From: Bacillota bacterium
GTDB lineage: Bacteria; Bacillota; DTU025
Assembly: GCA_050951805.1 (NCBI GenBank)
Contig: JBMNJT010000004.1
Coordinates: 32,001-96,000 of the forward strand
Direction of reading: 5' to 3'
DNA length: 64,000 nucleotides
In this document: in pieces, positions 1-10,511 of the stretch
How the letters are laid out: each line of letters begins with the position of its first letter
How positions within the stretch are numbered: the first letter of the stretch is position 1
Program-made: the position numbers and the translations under genes
Notes under the pieces: model-generated
The model's input: only the letters and a program-made list of their open reading frames with translations
Databases searched by the model: none
What the model was told of the DNA's origin: nothing

Positions 1-923
<923 letters not shown>

Positions 924-987
924 TCAGTTTCCGCCACACAAACAGGGGGCAAAACAAAAGCTAGCATGCCTGGTAAAGGCTAAGTTG

Positions 988-1017
988 AATATACCGTGAG
1001 CCGCCGTGAACTGTCAA
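988..1017 (-). promoter_or_regulatory. SigA-type promoter for metG
   Basis: TTGACA-N18-TATATT on the minus strand. Confidence 0.6.
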
Positions 1018-1048
1018 GGAATGCCTTACTGTTGAACGCCAGCCCATT

Positions 1049-1735
1049 ATGTGGTATTTTAATAGCGAGGTGAAAAGATTGTCCAGCTATGCGGGGTTGT
1101 TTCGAGAATGTCCATCCAAAATCGATCGCAAACCGAACAATTGCACGAAATTCGCGCTTCTCTTCTTGGCCGTGTTCAGCATTGCAACAGCGATCTGCCC
1201 TCCCGCCCTCGGCCAAAAAGTCCAGTCTCAAGTCGTTGGCGACCTAACACTGGCCGTCGCAACGCCTGTTGGGGTTGATCTCGAAATTGCCTATGCCGAT
1301 AGCTTCTCCTTCAGAATCCCATTAAATGCCGGATACCTGATCTACGAGAGGGCAGATAGCCAAGGCGTCCGTCATCTGTGCCTTTCCGATTACAACCAGA
1401 GCGGGATCGACTTCGAGCTCATCGTCGACCTTTTTCCAATTGATGCCCAATCGCCTACATCATTGGACGCTCTTGCAAGAGGCTTGCTTTACGCGGGAGC
1501 AAGAGCAATGGCAATCGATTCTAAAGTCGTGGAGATATCGGGGCGCCCCGGATTTGATCTCACGGTCAAGGGAATCGTCTACGACCGAATCATGCCGCAA
1601 GATGAGATTCGGATGGTCTTTCTTACAGATTTTGATTCGGGACTCACGTTTACCCTCATAGAGCATCAGCACCGTCCGGAAGATCATGCAAATATCTTGG
1701 ATAAAATCTTATCCACCCTGATATTCACTGATTAA
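1049..1735 (+). CDS. Hypothetical exported protein, possibly PsbP/DcrB-like fold (start uncertain)
   Basis: Hydrophobic signal-like segment FALLFLAVFSIATAICPPALG; C-terminal pattern VVEISGRPG...ILDKILSTLIF. Confidence 0.55.
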   Translation: MWYFNSEVKRLSSYAGLFRECPSKIDRKPNNCTKFALLFLAVFSIATAICPPALGQKVQSQVVGDLTLAVATPVGVDLEIAYADSFSFRIPLNAGYLIYERADSQGVRHLCLSDYNQSGIDFELIVDLFPIDAQSPTSLDALARGLLYAGARAMAIDSKVVEISGRPGFDLTVKGIVYDRIMPQDEIRMVFLTDFDSGLTFTLIEHQHRPEDHANILDKILSTLIFTD

Positions 1736-1831
1736 CGGAGTAAAAATGCTTTTGTTAGGCAAAAGTGCACGGAATATGACTATTTTGCCCAAATCGGCAG
1801 TGTAAAACCCGAGAATTTGTGAAATTAGTAC

Positions 1832-1860
1832 TTGACTCCTCTTGGAAAAGATACTATTAT
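1832..1860 (+). promoter_or_regulatory. SigA-type promoter for abrB
   Basis: TTGACT-N17-TATTAT. Confidence 0.6.
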
Positions 1861-1906
1861 TTGTTTGGCAGGCATTGCCGAGTATTTGCGTGGGAGGGTC
1901 GCAAAA

Positions 1907-2152
1907 ATGAAATCTACCGGTATAGTTAGAAAAGTCGACGAACTAGGAAGAGTCGTAATACCCATCGAACTACGAAGAACGTTGCAGATCAATGAGAAGG
2001 ATTCCTTGGAAATCTATGTTGACGGGGAAAAGATCATCCTGAAGAAGTACGAACCTGCCTGCATATTCTGTGGCAACGCTGATGGAATCAGGATCTTCAA
2101 GGACAAGAATATCTGCAAGGATTGCTTCGACCTGATGAAAAGCGTAGGCTAG
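1907..2152 (+). CDS. abrB: AbrB transition-state regulator
   Basis: MKSTGIVRKVDELGRVVIPIELRRTL plus C-terminal CxxC..CxxC; GGGAGG SD. Confidence 0.97.
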   Translation: MKSTGIVRKVDELGRVVIPIELRRTLQINEKDSLEIYVDGEKIILKKYEPACIFCGNADGIRIFKDKNICKDCFDLMKSVG

Positions 2153-2226
2153 TCGGTTCTTGACTTGCCTCGCCCCATCCGGGCGAAAGCACTGCAAATA
2201 GCAACGTTCGTCTAGCAAAAGGCACT

Positions 2227-3132
2227 TTACGTGCCTTTTTGCTTTTTCCAACCGCCATCGCGCCCCCCATGTGCACGCGCATATACCTCGCGCCTTGAGA
2301 CGCCATGCTCCTCTGCTGCCTTGGAAACAGCATCCCTCATTGTAAAACCCTCGCCCACGAGCTGCGCCACCTCGGCCACAGCCATTTCCAACTCGTCGTC
2401 GGCGCTCCCCTCTGCCGCACCACTTCGTTGGCTGCACCCTTCGACTATGACTACAATCTCTCCCTTGGGCTTGCGTTCCCTCACCCACTCCAGCATCTCG
2501 CCTACGGTGCCTCTCTGTATGTCCTCGAATTTCTTAGTAAGTTCTCGCGCCACTACACATCTTCTGTCGCCGAGAATGTCAGCCACATCTTCAAGCATGC
2601 GCTCGAGTCGATGCGGCGCTTCGTAGAAAACGAGAGTGACCGGCAATAAAGAAAGCTCCTCAAGGACTTTACGCCTATCCCCCACCTTCCTGGGAAGAAA
2701 GCCTTGAAAAAAGAATCTGCTCGTCGGCAATCCAGATGCAGTCAACGCTGCAACGAACGCCGTGGGGCCCGGAACAGGTACCACTTTGAACCCGCCCTCC
2801 ACCGCAGCAGCAACAATGATTTCTCCCGGATCAGAGATTCCCGGCATCCCTGCATCAGAGACCACGGCCACATCTTCGCCCCTGCCGAGCATCGCAATGA
2901 TATGCTCCGCCCGAGCCGCTTCGTTGTGTTCATGGCAGGACAGCAACTTAGCGTCAATTCCCAGGCGATGCAACAAGAGCCCGGTATGCCTGGTATCCTC
3001 AGCGGCCACGATATCTGCTTCGGCCAGAACAGCCCTGGCTCTGTCGGTAATGTCATCCATGTTCCCAATAGGCGTGGCCACCAAGTAAAGAGTTCCCTTT
3101 TCGGCAGCTCCGCCGTAGCGTGTCACCGGCAA
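2227..3132 (-). CDS. rsmI: 16S rRNA C1402 2'-O-methyltransferase
   Basis: LYLVATPIGN, AEDTR, SDAGMPGISDPG and RELTK motifs. Confidence 0.95.
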   Translation of the reverse strand: MPVTRYGGAAEKGTLYLVATPIGNMDDITDRARAVLAEADIVAAEDTRHTGLLLHRLGIDAKLLSCHEHNEAARAEHIIAMLGRGEDVAVVSDAGMPGISDPGEIIVAAAVEGGFKVVPVPGPTAFVAALTASGLPTSRFFFQGFLPRKVGDRRKVLEELSLLPVTLVFYEAPHRLERMLEDVADILGDRRCVVARELTKKFEDIQRGTVGEMLEWVRERKPKGEIVVIVEGCSQRSGAAEGSADDELEMAVAEVAQLVGEGFTMRDAVSKAAEEHGVSRREVYARAHGGRDGGWKKQKGT

Positions 3133-3177
3133 TCACCCTCCACCAACTCTACCTGTCCCCAAGTTTCGCCCCGTCTC

Positions 3178-3963
3178 TTAGCCGAAGTATATCTGTTTTG
3201 TTTCTTCAGAATACTGCCCGTCCTCTCCGTAAAGCATCAAAGTGGGCATTACCTGCAGCCCGGCCTTAACATCCTTCACCGCTTCGACCAATACCATCAT
3301 GGGCGGCGCGTCCAGCCTGGCCTGCACCAGCCGGAGACGCTTCGGTTCCAGATTTGCCTCGCGCATGGATGAAAGAAGATCCGCAAGCCTGGATGCGCGG
3401 TGAACCATCGCGACTCTACCCCTTGGCTTCACAAGCCCTGCAGCCACATTCACCACATCTTCCATAGTGCACGACACTTCATGCTTGGCGACTGTCAGGT
3501 GCCCTTCAGGGCTCAGAGTTCCCTCATCAACCTTTATGTATGGTGGATTTGACAGCACAACATCGAAAGAGCCTACGCCAAAAAGGTCTACAGCGTCCCT
3601 CAGGTCGCCATGGACGATCTTTATTCTATCGGAAAGCCCGTTGATCTGGACACTTCGCTCCGCCATGTCGGCCATCTCTTCCAGAATTTCAATGCCGACT
3701 ATCTCTGCCGGCTGTCGCCTAGCCCAGACCAGAAGGGGAATCACGCCTGTGCCTGTGCCAAGATCTATAGCCCTATCCCGCGGTCTAACAGTCGCGAATT
3801 CCGCAAGGAGCACGGCATCCATGGAAAACCTGAACCCAGCAGGATTCTGAATTATCACAAGCCCGGACCGTTGCAGGTCGTCCAATCTCTCGTAGTCATG
3901 CAGCAGCGCCTCGCGCGTTTCATCCGCCCTCCCGCCACTCATAAGCCGTACGCCTGACGACAA
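3178..3963 (-). CDS. tRNA1(Val) A37 N6-methyltransferase (YabB/TrmN6-like)
   Basis: FSMDAVLL, DLGTGTG and NPPY motifs; synteny. Confidence 0.9.
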   Translation of the reverse strand: MSSGVRLMSGGRADETREALLHDYERLDDLQRSGLVIIQNPAGFRFSMDAVLLAEFATVRPRDRAIDLGTGTGVIPLLVWARRQPAEIVGIEILEEMADMAERSVQINGLSDRIKIVHGDLRDAVDLFGVGSFDVVLSNPPYIKVDEGTLSPEGHLTVAKHEVSCTMEDVVNVAAGLVKPRGRVAMVHRASRLADLLSSMREANLEPKRLRLVQARLDAPPMMVLVEAVKDVKAGLQVMPTLMLYGEDGQYSEETKQIYFG

Positions 3964-4071
3964 TCATGCAATCTGCCCGCGCATGATTGGGTCGTGCGCG
4001 ATATCCCCCTTTCACCAAGTAACATGCACACCGCCTAAAGCACCGGGTTCGCCTCAGAGCCGACGGCGGCA

Positions 4072-4887
4072 TCACTCCTCCTTATCCGCACATTCGTATT
4101 CAAGTTCTGTCAGAGACATCGACGCATGCCCCCCACTATCCAGTTGAACCCTGACAGAACGCGTCTCAGGGTCTATCGACATTACCTTGCCCGGGCCCGA
4201 AGGAGTGATGACTCTATCGCCCAGTTCCGGCATGTCCTCAGTTTCGGACCTTACAGGATTTATCTCATACTTGAGACAACACATGAGCCTTCCGCAGATT
4301 CCAGAAATCTTGGAGGGATTAAGCGACAGATTCTGCTCTTTTGCCATGCGTATCGATACAGGCTCAAACTCCCCAAGGAAAGAGGCACAGCAAAGCGCGC
4401 GTCCACACGACCCGATCCCTCCAAGCATCTTGGCCTCATCCCTCACCCCTATCTGCCTCAGTTCGATGCGGGTTCGGAAGACAGAAGCCAGATCCCTGAC
4501 GAGCTCCCTGAAGTCGACACGTCCATCAGCAGTAAAGTAGAAGACTATCTTTGAATTGTCGAACGTGTATTCAACATCCACAAGCTTCATGGGAAGGCCA
4601 TGCGCCGCGATTTTTTCGAGCCCAATATCGAAGGCTCGTTCCGCTTTTTTCTTGTTCTCCTCAACCTGGCGCCTATCGGCGTCAGTCGCGCCCCTTATCA
4701 CCTGCTTCAGGGGCTGTACTATCTCTTCCTCATCCACAAACTTGGGCCCGATCACCACCTGGCCGAATTCGACGCCGCGGGCAGTCTCGACAATGACGTC
4801 ATCACCTGCCGCAAGATCGAGCTCTCCGGGGTCGAAGTAATATACCTTTCCAGCTTTCTTGAACCGCACTCCAACTATCTTAACCAT
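4072..4887 (-). CDS. yaaT: PSP1-domain protein YaaT/RicT
   Basis: GRVDFRELV, RQIGVRDEAK, CGRALCC, CGRLMCCLKYE. Confidence 0.95.
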   Translation of the reverse strand: MVKIVGVRFKKAGKVYYFDPGELDLAAGDDVIVETARGVEFGQVVIGPKFVDEEEIVQPLKQVIRGATDADRRQVEENKKKAERAFDIGLEKIAAHGLPMKLVDVEYTFDNSKIVFYFTADGRVDFRELVRDLASVFRTRIELRQIGVRDEAKMLGGIGSCGRALCCASFLGEFEPVSIRMAKEQNLSLNPSKISGICGRLMCCLKYEINPVRSETEDMPELGDRVITPSGPGKVMSIDPETRSVRVQLDSGGHASMSLTELEYECADKEE

Positions 4888-4902
4888 GTTGCGGACACCC
4901 TT

Positions 4903-5994
4903 TCATTCAGGCAAGGCCAGGTTCAAGAAGAAGTCATCCATGGCTAGCCGCGGATTCGCGCTGCTCCTGAGCGCTTGTGCAGTCTGCATCGCTTTGACTG
5001 TCCATCGACTGAACAAGCAGGGCTCGCCTTTGCGCACATCTTCGCGAATCTCCATGATGCGATCGATGTTTATTATCAAACTCTCGTCACCTGTTATGGA
5101 CAGGATGAAGAGGTCTCTGAACCATCCGGCCGCAAGGTCGCATGCCCCCATTGGAGAAGCGAGCTCCTGAACCTCCACGGACCCTCCTCCATCTACAGCT
5201 TGCGCACTAGCCTTCTTCAGCTTGTCGAGGAATTCCTCCGAAGCAGCAAGCGCCTCGGCACCATTCCCACACAAGGCCACTGCGCGCACTGTGGATATTA
5301 TGAGGTCTCTTACCTTGAAATAGTCGTCGTCTTGAGCCAGGCATACCAGGCGGCCGGGAAGCCCTTCCGAAAGCGTAGCCAGAAGCCTGGCCCGTTCAGG
5401 ATCGAGACCGAGCTCGCTCTGGCCCCATCTGGCAAGCTCTTCAACGGGAACAGCTTTGAGGCGTGCCTCATGGCAACGTGATGAGATTGTCGGCAACATC
5501 ATGCCCGGATCCTCTGCCGCAAGGATGATCAACGAGTCGCCAGGGGGTTCCTCCAACACTTTGAGGAGGCAGTTCTGGGCCTCTTCAGTCATGCGATCAG
5601 CTTCATCTATTATCCATGTCTTGAGGTCGGCTTCATTAGGCTTAAGGGATATGCGCCACTTCATCTCCCTGATCTGGTCTATCTTTATGGCGCCTCCCTC
5701 CGGTTTCACCACACGAACATCCGGATGAACGCCTCTCAGTATCTTCTCACAATTCGAACAATTGCCGCAATACCACAGTGGGCTATCCGGCCCGCGCTCA
5801 GATCGGTCTCCGGCTGCATTCCCCGCCCCACAGTTCATGCAGTTTGCAGCGAGAGCAACCCGTTTTGCAAGCGCCATCTTGCCGCTTCCCCGTGGCCCCC
5901 ACAGAAGATAAGCGTGGGACATGCGCCCCGAAGCCATCTCCCTATCGAGCAATCGGAGGGCCTCATCCTGACCGACGATTTCAGGAATGTGCAT
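4903..5994 (-). CDS. holB: DNA polymerase III delta' subunit
   Basis: HAYLLWGPRGSGK, Zn cysteines, HPD, QNCLLKVLEEP, TISSRC. Confidence 0.93.
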   Translation of the reverse strand: MHIPEIVGQDEALRLLDREMASGRMSHAYLLWGPRGSGKMALAKRVALAANCMNCGAGNAAGDRSERGPDSPLWYCGNCSNCEKILRGVHPDVRVVKPEGGAIKIDQIREMKWRISLKPNEADLKTWIIDEADRMTEEAQNCLLKVLEEPPGDSLIILAAEDPGMMLPTISSRCHEARLKAVPVEELARWGQSELGLDPERARLLATLSEGLPGRLVCLAQDDDYFKVRDLIISTVRAVALCGNGAEALAASEEFLDKLKKASAQAVDGGGSVEVQELASPMGACDLAAGWFRDLFILSITGDESLIINIDRIMEIREDVRKGEPCLFSRWTVKAMQTAQALRSSANPRLAMDDFFLNLALPE

Positions 5995-5997
5995 CCC

Positions 5998-6645
5998 TCA
6001 GTCCTCCCACGCACGCGTTTCGAGTAACTTCGTCACAGCAGTGTATATCTCCTCGTGCACTTCCAAAACACATCGTCCGCCAGTCTCGATAATCGTGAAA
6101 CGCTCCGGCTCCGCAGCGGCCATCATCAGGTAAGCCTCGCGGACTGACACATGAAAATCGAGCTCGCGCTGCTCGATCCTGTCGGCTTCGTGGCAATCGG
6201 TCGCACGTCTGACACCGATGGCAGGATCGATGTCGAGCAGCAACGTAAGATCGGGAACCAGGCCGCGAGTGGCTATCCGGTTCACCTGCTTCACTTCATC
6301 GATATCCATGCCAAGACCGTATCCTTGGTAGGCAATGCTGGAATCCACAAAACGCTCCGCCACAACTATCCTGCCCGCCTCTAGAGCCGGCTCGATTACT
6401 TCATGCACATCCTGTGCACGATCTGCAGCATAAAGCAGGAACTCTGCAACCCCGCACATTCCTGTGGACTTATTGTCCAGGATGATCTCCCGCAATCTCT
6501 TCCCTATAGACGTGCCGCCCGGCTCGAAAGTGCGCGTTACCGGATACCCTTCTGATTCAAGGCGTTCCGCCAATAGACCGGCCTGCGTACTCTTTCCGCT
6601 GCCATCAGGCCCTTCCAGGGTTATAAAAACTCCACGTTGTGTCAC
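5998..6645 (-). CDS. tmk: Thymidylate kinase
   Basis: FITLEGPDGSGKST, EPGGT, RFVDSSIAYQG; GTG start abuts the upstream stop. Confidence 0.95.
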   Translation of the reverse strand: MTQRGVFITLEGPDGSGKSTQAGLLAERLESEGYPVTRTFEPGGTSIGKRLREIILDNKSTGMCGVAEFLLYAADRAQDVHEVIEPALEAGRIVVAERFVDSSIAYQGYGLGMDIDEVKQVNRIATRGLVPDLTLLLDIDPAIGVRRATDCHEADRIEQRELDFHVSVREAYLMMAAAEPERFTIIETGGRCVLEVHEEIYTAVTKLLETRAWED

Positions 6646-8216
6646 TATCGCTTCCCATCTTTCACCACGGTCACGATGAGCTGCCCATCTGGGCCGAACG
6701 AAAGGCCTCGGAAGACCGCCCCAAGGGACAACGCTTCCTCTATGATATCGAGATGCAAGCCGTCGATGATCTCTCCTGGATAAAGAAGCGGTATCCCCGG
6801 CGGATATGGGGCAACCACCTCGGCGCATACCCTGCCGACGGCGTCCTTAACTTCGACCAGTTCGTGCGGAGCAAGAGTTGCCTGCCTAGGAAGACAAGCT
6901 CTCTCCGCAGGCGCAAACAGATGCCGGGTGAACTCTGCCTGGTTTCCCGAGGTTCTTACGCCGAGCTTTCCTGTCATCTCGCTGCGCGCCTCGTCGGCAA
7001 TCTGCAAAAGCGCATCTACAAGGCGATCCACATTTTCCTCAGAGTCGGCATAGGTTATAAAAGCGACTATATTCTCGAGGTCCGCAAGTTCGATCCTGAC
7101 ATTGCACTCATCCATCAACCGGTTCTTTAAATCATATCCAGCTAATCCCAACTGGATCATTGAGACTGTCAGTCTAAGCGTATCCATGCCCGGTCTCCAC
7201 AACACCCTTATGCCCAAAATCCCATCCAGACGCCGCCGAGCCTTGTCAGAAAGCTTGAGCGCTCTATCGATAAGCTGAGGCCCGCGCAACCTCATGATTG
7301 TAGCAGCGATGTCAATCGAGGCCATGAGGAGGTATGACGGACTAGTGGACTGGAGTATCGCTAACATACGCTGAACGCGATCGGGATGGATCCGGGGCCC
7401 CTTGATGTGGAGCATGGAGCTTCCGGTAAACGAACCGAGCGTTTTATGGGTGCTTTGGACCACCATGTCTGCACCATACTCCAACGCGGGAGCCGGAAGA
7501 TCCTCGTGAAAGCGTATGTGCGGTCCATGAGCCTCATCAACAAGCAATGGAATATCGCGTTGATGACAGATTTCTGCCAACGGCGCAAGGTCTCCTGCTA
7601 TGCCATAGTAATTGGGGCGCGTGATCAGGCAAGCCTTGGCATCGGGATTCTCAGTGAGAGCCTGCTCGTATGCTTCAGGCCTCACCCCCATGCTGATTCC
7701 CCACTCGGGATCTATGTCGGGATACACGAAGACAGGCGCCAGCCCAGCCAGGATCACACCACCTATCACAGCCAAGTGGGCATCACGCGGGATGATCACT
7801 TTCTGTCCTTCCTTGCAGCTTGTCATCAACATAGCATGGATTCCTGCGGTGGTTCCATTAGTCAAAAAAAACGTCCGGTCAGCTCCGAATACCTCCGATG
7901 CCAGATCCTGCGCCTGCTTTATACATCCGGTAGGAAGATGGAGATTATCCAGGTCCCGTGTCTCCGTCACATCCATGCTGAGCATGTTCTCGCTGAAGGC
8001 CTCCAGAACCTCCGGAGGATAGCCCACACCTTTGTGCCCGGGCATGTGAAAACGAACGGGATCCTCTTTGACGTACCAAAGCAACTTGTTGAAAAGAGGG
8101 GCGTCGAATTGCTCTAGAGGGATATCGAGTGGATCTGCGCCTGTTAAATATTTCTCTTTGTCCACTTCTGATCTTATCTTCTCCTTTATGCCCCGGTGCC
8201 CGGGGATTATTGGCAC
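6645..8216 (-). CDS. PLP-dependent Orn/Lys/Arg decarboxylase (YaaO/SpeA-like; start uncertain)
   Basis: FHMPGHK, DEAHG, QSTHK, STSPSY and PYPPGIP motifs. Confidence 0.92.
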   Translation of the reverse strand: MPIIPGHRGIKEKIRSEVDKEKYLTGADPLDIPLEQFDAPLFNKLLWYVKEDPVRFHMPGHKGVGYPPEVLEAFSENMLSMDVTETRDLDNLHLPTGCIKQAQDLASEVFGADRTFFLTNGTTAGIHAMLMTSCKEGQKVIIPRDAHLAVIGGVILAGLAPVFVYPDIDPEWGISMGVRPEAYEQALTENPDAKACLITRPNYYGIAGDLAPLAEICHQRDIPLLVDEAHGPHIRFHEDLPAPALEYGADMVVQSTHKTLGSFTGSSMLHIKGPRIHPDRVQRMLAILQSTSPSYLLMASIDIAATIMRLRGPQLIDRALKLSDKARRRLDGILGIRVLWRPGMDTLRLTVSMIQLGLAGYDLKNRLMDECNVRIELADLENIVAFITYADSEENVDRLVDALLQIADEARSEMTGKLGVRTSGNQAEFTRHLFAPAERACLPRQATLAPHELVEVKDAVGRVCAEVVAPYPPGIPLLYPGEIIDGLHLDIIEEALSLGAVFRGLSFGPDGQLIVTVVKDGKR

Positions 8217-8231
8217 AACTTTAGGGTAGAC

Positions 8232-8282
8232 TTGACACGAACATATGTTCTATGTTAATATCTAGCCGTAGAACATGTGTTC
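8232..8282 (+). promoter_or_regulatory. SigA promoter with two Gram-positive LexA (SOS) boxes
   Basis: TTGACA 8232-8237; TG-n-TAATAT ending 8261; GAAC-ATAT-GTTC 8239-8250 and GAAC-ATGT-GTTC 8271-8282. Confidence 0.85.
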
Positions 8283-8317
8283 TCTTTATTGCCCAAGAGT
8301 TAGGGGGTTGTAACAAC

Positions 8318-8737
8318 ATGGCACGCCCATTGCGAATATACGTTGCAGCCGTCTCAAGCGGCAGTCACGATAGGGGCCCATGGAAAGCTGTGCTGCTCGC
8401 AGAAAACAGCTCTGGCAAAGTGGTATCCGAAGCCGCATATCCACTCCGGCCGCACAGCGAAAATCACGCTCCTCCCGTCGACTATATCGATGCATCCCTT
8501 CTAGCGATGCTCATGGCCCTCACTATCGGACGGAAACACCGCGCCCGAGAACTCATAATCTACTCGGACTGCCCTGCTGCAGTTGACGTTATGAAGAAGC
8601 GTCGAAGCCCAACCGGCTCCCAAATCGGCACATGCCTTCAGGCAAGAGCCTTGGCGTATAGCTACAAGACGGTTCAGTTTCATTATTCTCCGTATCCCGC
8701 AATGAGCGATCTTCCAGTCATAGCTGCAGGCGGCTGA
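8318..8737 (+). CDS. RNase H-like fold protein with degenerate active site
   Basis: RIYVAA.., helix ASLLAMLMAL, ELIIYSDC, VQFHY follow the RNase HI secondary-structure pattern; AGGGGG SD before the ATG at 8318. Confidence 0.65.
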   Translation: MARPLRIYVAAVSSGSHDRGPWKAVLLAENSSGKVVSEAAYPLRPHSENHAPPVDYIDASLLAMLMALTIGRKHRARELIIYSDCPAAVDVMKKRRSPTGSQIGTCLQARALAYSYKTVQFHYSPYPAMSDLPVIAAGG

Positions 8738-10230
8738 ATCCCCATAAGCTCTAGAACTGTAGGGGCCACATCTGCAAAGGTTCCACCGTCGCGAAGTTGC
8801 GTTGCTTTGGTGCCTGCCAAAATAAACGGGACCTTGTTGAGGGAATGAGCTGTGCTTGGCTGCCCAGTGTCGGGGTCCAGCATCTGATCGGCGTTCCCAT
8901 GGTCAGAAGTGATGATCATTGCGCCCCGGGCTTCCTTTACTGCTCCCCATACCTGCCCAACGCAATCATCCACAGTCTCAACAGCTGCTATGGCAGCGTC
9001 GAGCTTGCCTGTGTGCCCAACCATGTCGCCGTTGGCAAAATTGACGACGATAAAATCGTAATTCCCCGCCTCTATTCTCGACACGACCTCAGCAGCTATC
9101 TCCCTGGCGCTCATCTCAGGCGCAAGGTCATATGTTGCCACCTTCGGAGATGGGATGAGTACCCTGTCCTCCTTGGGGAATGGTTCCTCGCGGCCTCCGT
9201 TAAAAAAGAACGTGACGTGGGCAAACTTTTCTGTCTCGGCCACATGCAGCTGAGCCTTGCCCGCCTTCGAGATCGTTTCTGCCAGCCCATCGGCTGGCTC
9301 CGGCGGCGAAAATGCCACTGGGATATCGGCATTTAGGTATTTCATCATGCACACGTAATGAACATGGGGCCTTTCTCCGCGGTCAAACTCGCTGAACTCC
9401 TCGAAGTTGAAAGCCTTCGTGAGCTGCCTGGCTCTGTCCCCGCGGAAGTTGAAGAATATTACTGAGTCTCCTTCGCGCACCGGCCCCACTGGAGCACCTG
9501 ATTCGTCCACAATCACCGTGGGCATCACAAATTCATCTGTTATACCAGAATCGTATGAAGCTCTGACAGCGTCCTGTGCAGCGCGAGCTCGGGGGCCCAC
9601 AGAATGGACTATTGCGTCCCACGCAAGCTTAGTCCTATCCCAGCGGTTATCCCGATCCATGGCATAGTACCGTCCGCTGACCGTTGCCACTTTCCCAAGC
9701 CCAAGCCGGGTAAGGTTGGCATCGAGCTCATCCAGGTAGTCCAAGGCGCTTGCGGGCGGAACATCTCTCCCGTCCAAGAAGGCATGTATATATACATCCC
9801 TGACGCCAACGTCACGCGCCATCTCAACCAGCGTGTATATGTGCTTTTGATGAGAATGCACCCCGCCTGGAGACACAAGGCCCATAAGGTGAAGAGCTTT
9901 GCCTTTGCGAGCTGCCTCTTTCATCGCCCCGAGCAAGACCTCATTTCGCTGAAACTCGCCCGTCTCTATCTTGTGATCCAGGTAACTGAGGTCCTGGAGA
10001 ACTATTCTTCCTGAACCGAGGCATAGGTGCCCGACTTCGGAACCGCCCATCTGTCCCTCAGGAAGTCCCACAGCGCGCCCATGGGCGGGAAGAGTAGTAT
10101 AGGGATAGTCCTGCATTAGCTTGTCGATATTCGGGGTTCGGGCTAAGGCTATGGCATTATAGAATTCATTCTCCGAGTAGCCCCAACCATCCAAAATTGC
10201 AAGAACGACTGGCCTGTATGTTTGCATCAA
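8683..10230 (-). CDS. gpmI: 2,3-bisphosphoglycerate-independent phosphoglycerate mutase
   Basis: LDGWG, GQMGGSEVGH, GRYYAMDRD, AETEK, DMVGHTG, SDHGN. Confidence 0.97.
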   Translation of the reverse strand: MMQTYRPVVLAILDGWGYSENEFYNAIALARTPNIDKLMQDYPYTTLPAHGRAVGLPEGQMGGSEVGHLCLGSGRIVLQDLSYLDHKIETGEFQRNEVLLGAMKEAARKGKALHLMGLVSPGGVHSHQKHIYTLVEMARDVGVRDVYIHAFLDGRDVPPASALDYLDELDANLTRLGLGKVATVSGRYYAMDRDNRWDRTKLAWDAIVHSVGPRARAAQDAVRASYDSGITDEFVMPTVIVDESGAPVGPVREGDSVIFFNFRGDRARQLTKAFNFEEFSEFDRGERPHVHYVCMMKYLNADIPVAFSPPEPADGLAETISKAGKAQLHVAETEKFAHVTFFFNGGREEPFPKEDRVLIPSPKVATYDLAPEMSAREIAAEVVSRIEAGNYDFIVVNFANGDMVGHTGKLDAAIAAVETVDDCVGQVWGAVKEARGAMIITSDHGNADQMLDPDTGQPSTAHSLNKVPFILAGTKATQLRDGGTFADVAPTVLELMGIQPPAAMTGRSLIAGYGE

Positions 10231-10280
10231 TTTACACCCCCAAGCAGCTGAGATTCCCAGCTGACAGCAGGATTATCGTA

Positions 10281-10511
10281 TCACACGCACAATATGCGTT
10301 CAACTGGATGTCGCCCCTTCACGGCCATGCCTCTACCCCGTCCATCTATGGCAACATCTCCCTCAAGAGTTTTGCCTACACTCAGAAGTGCCAGTTGCTG
10401 GTCGAAGTAGCCTAGCCTTGCTTTTATCACTACCGTATCCGTAAGACCGTCTGTAAGCTGTCTAAGGATTTCCGTTGCGCGTTCAATGCCTAGTAAAGCC
10501 CAGTGAGACAT
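10281..10511 (-). CDS. Hypothetical small protein (76 aa)
   Basis: ORF co-oriented between hppA and gpmI, GGAAAGG upstream; no recognised family. Confidence 0.4.
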   Translation of the reverse strand: MSHWALLGIERATEILRQLTDGLTDTVVIKARLGYFDQQLALLSVGKTLEGDVAIDGRGRGMAVKGRHPVERILCV

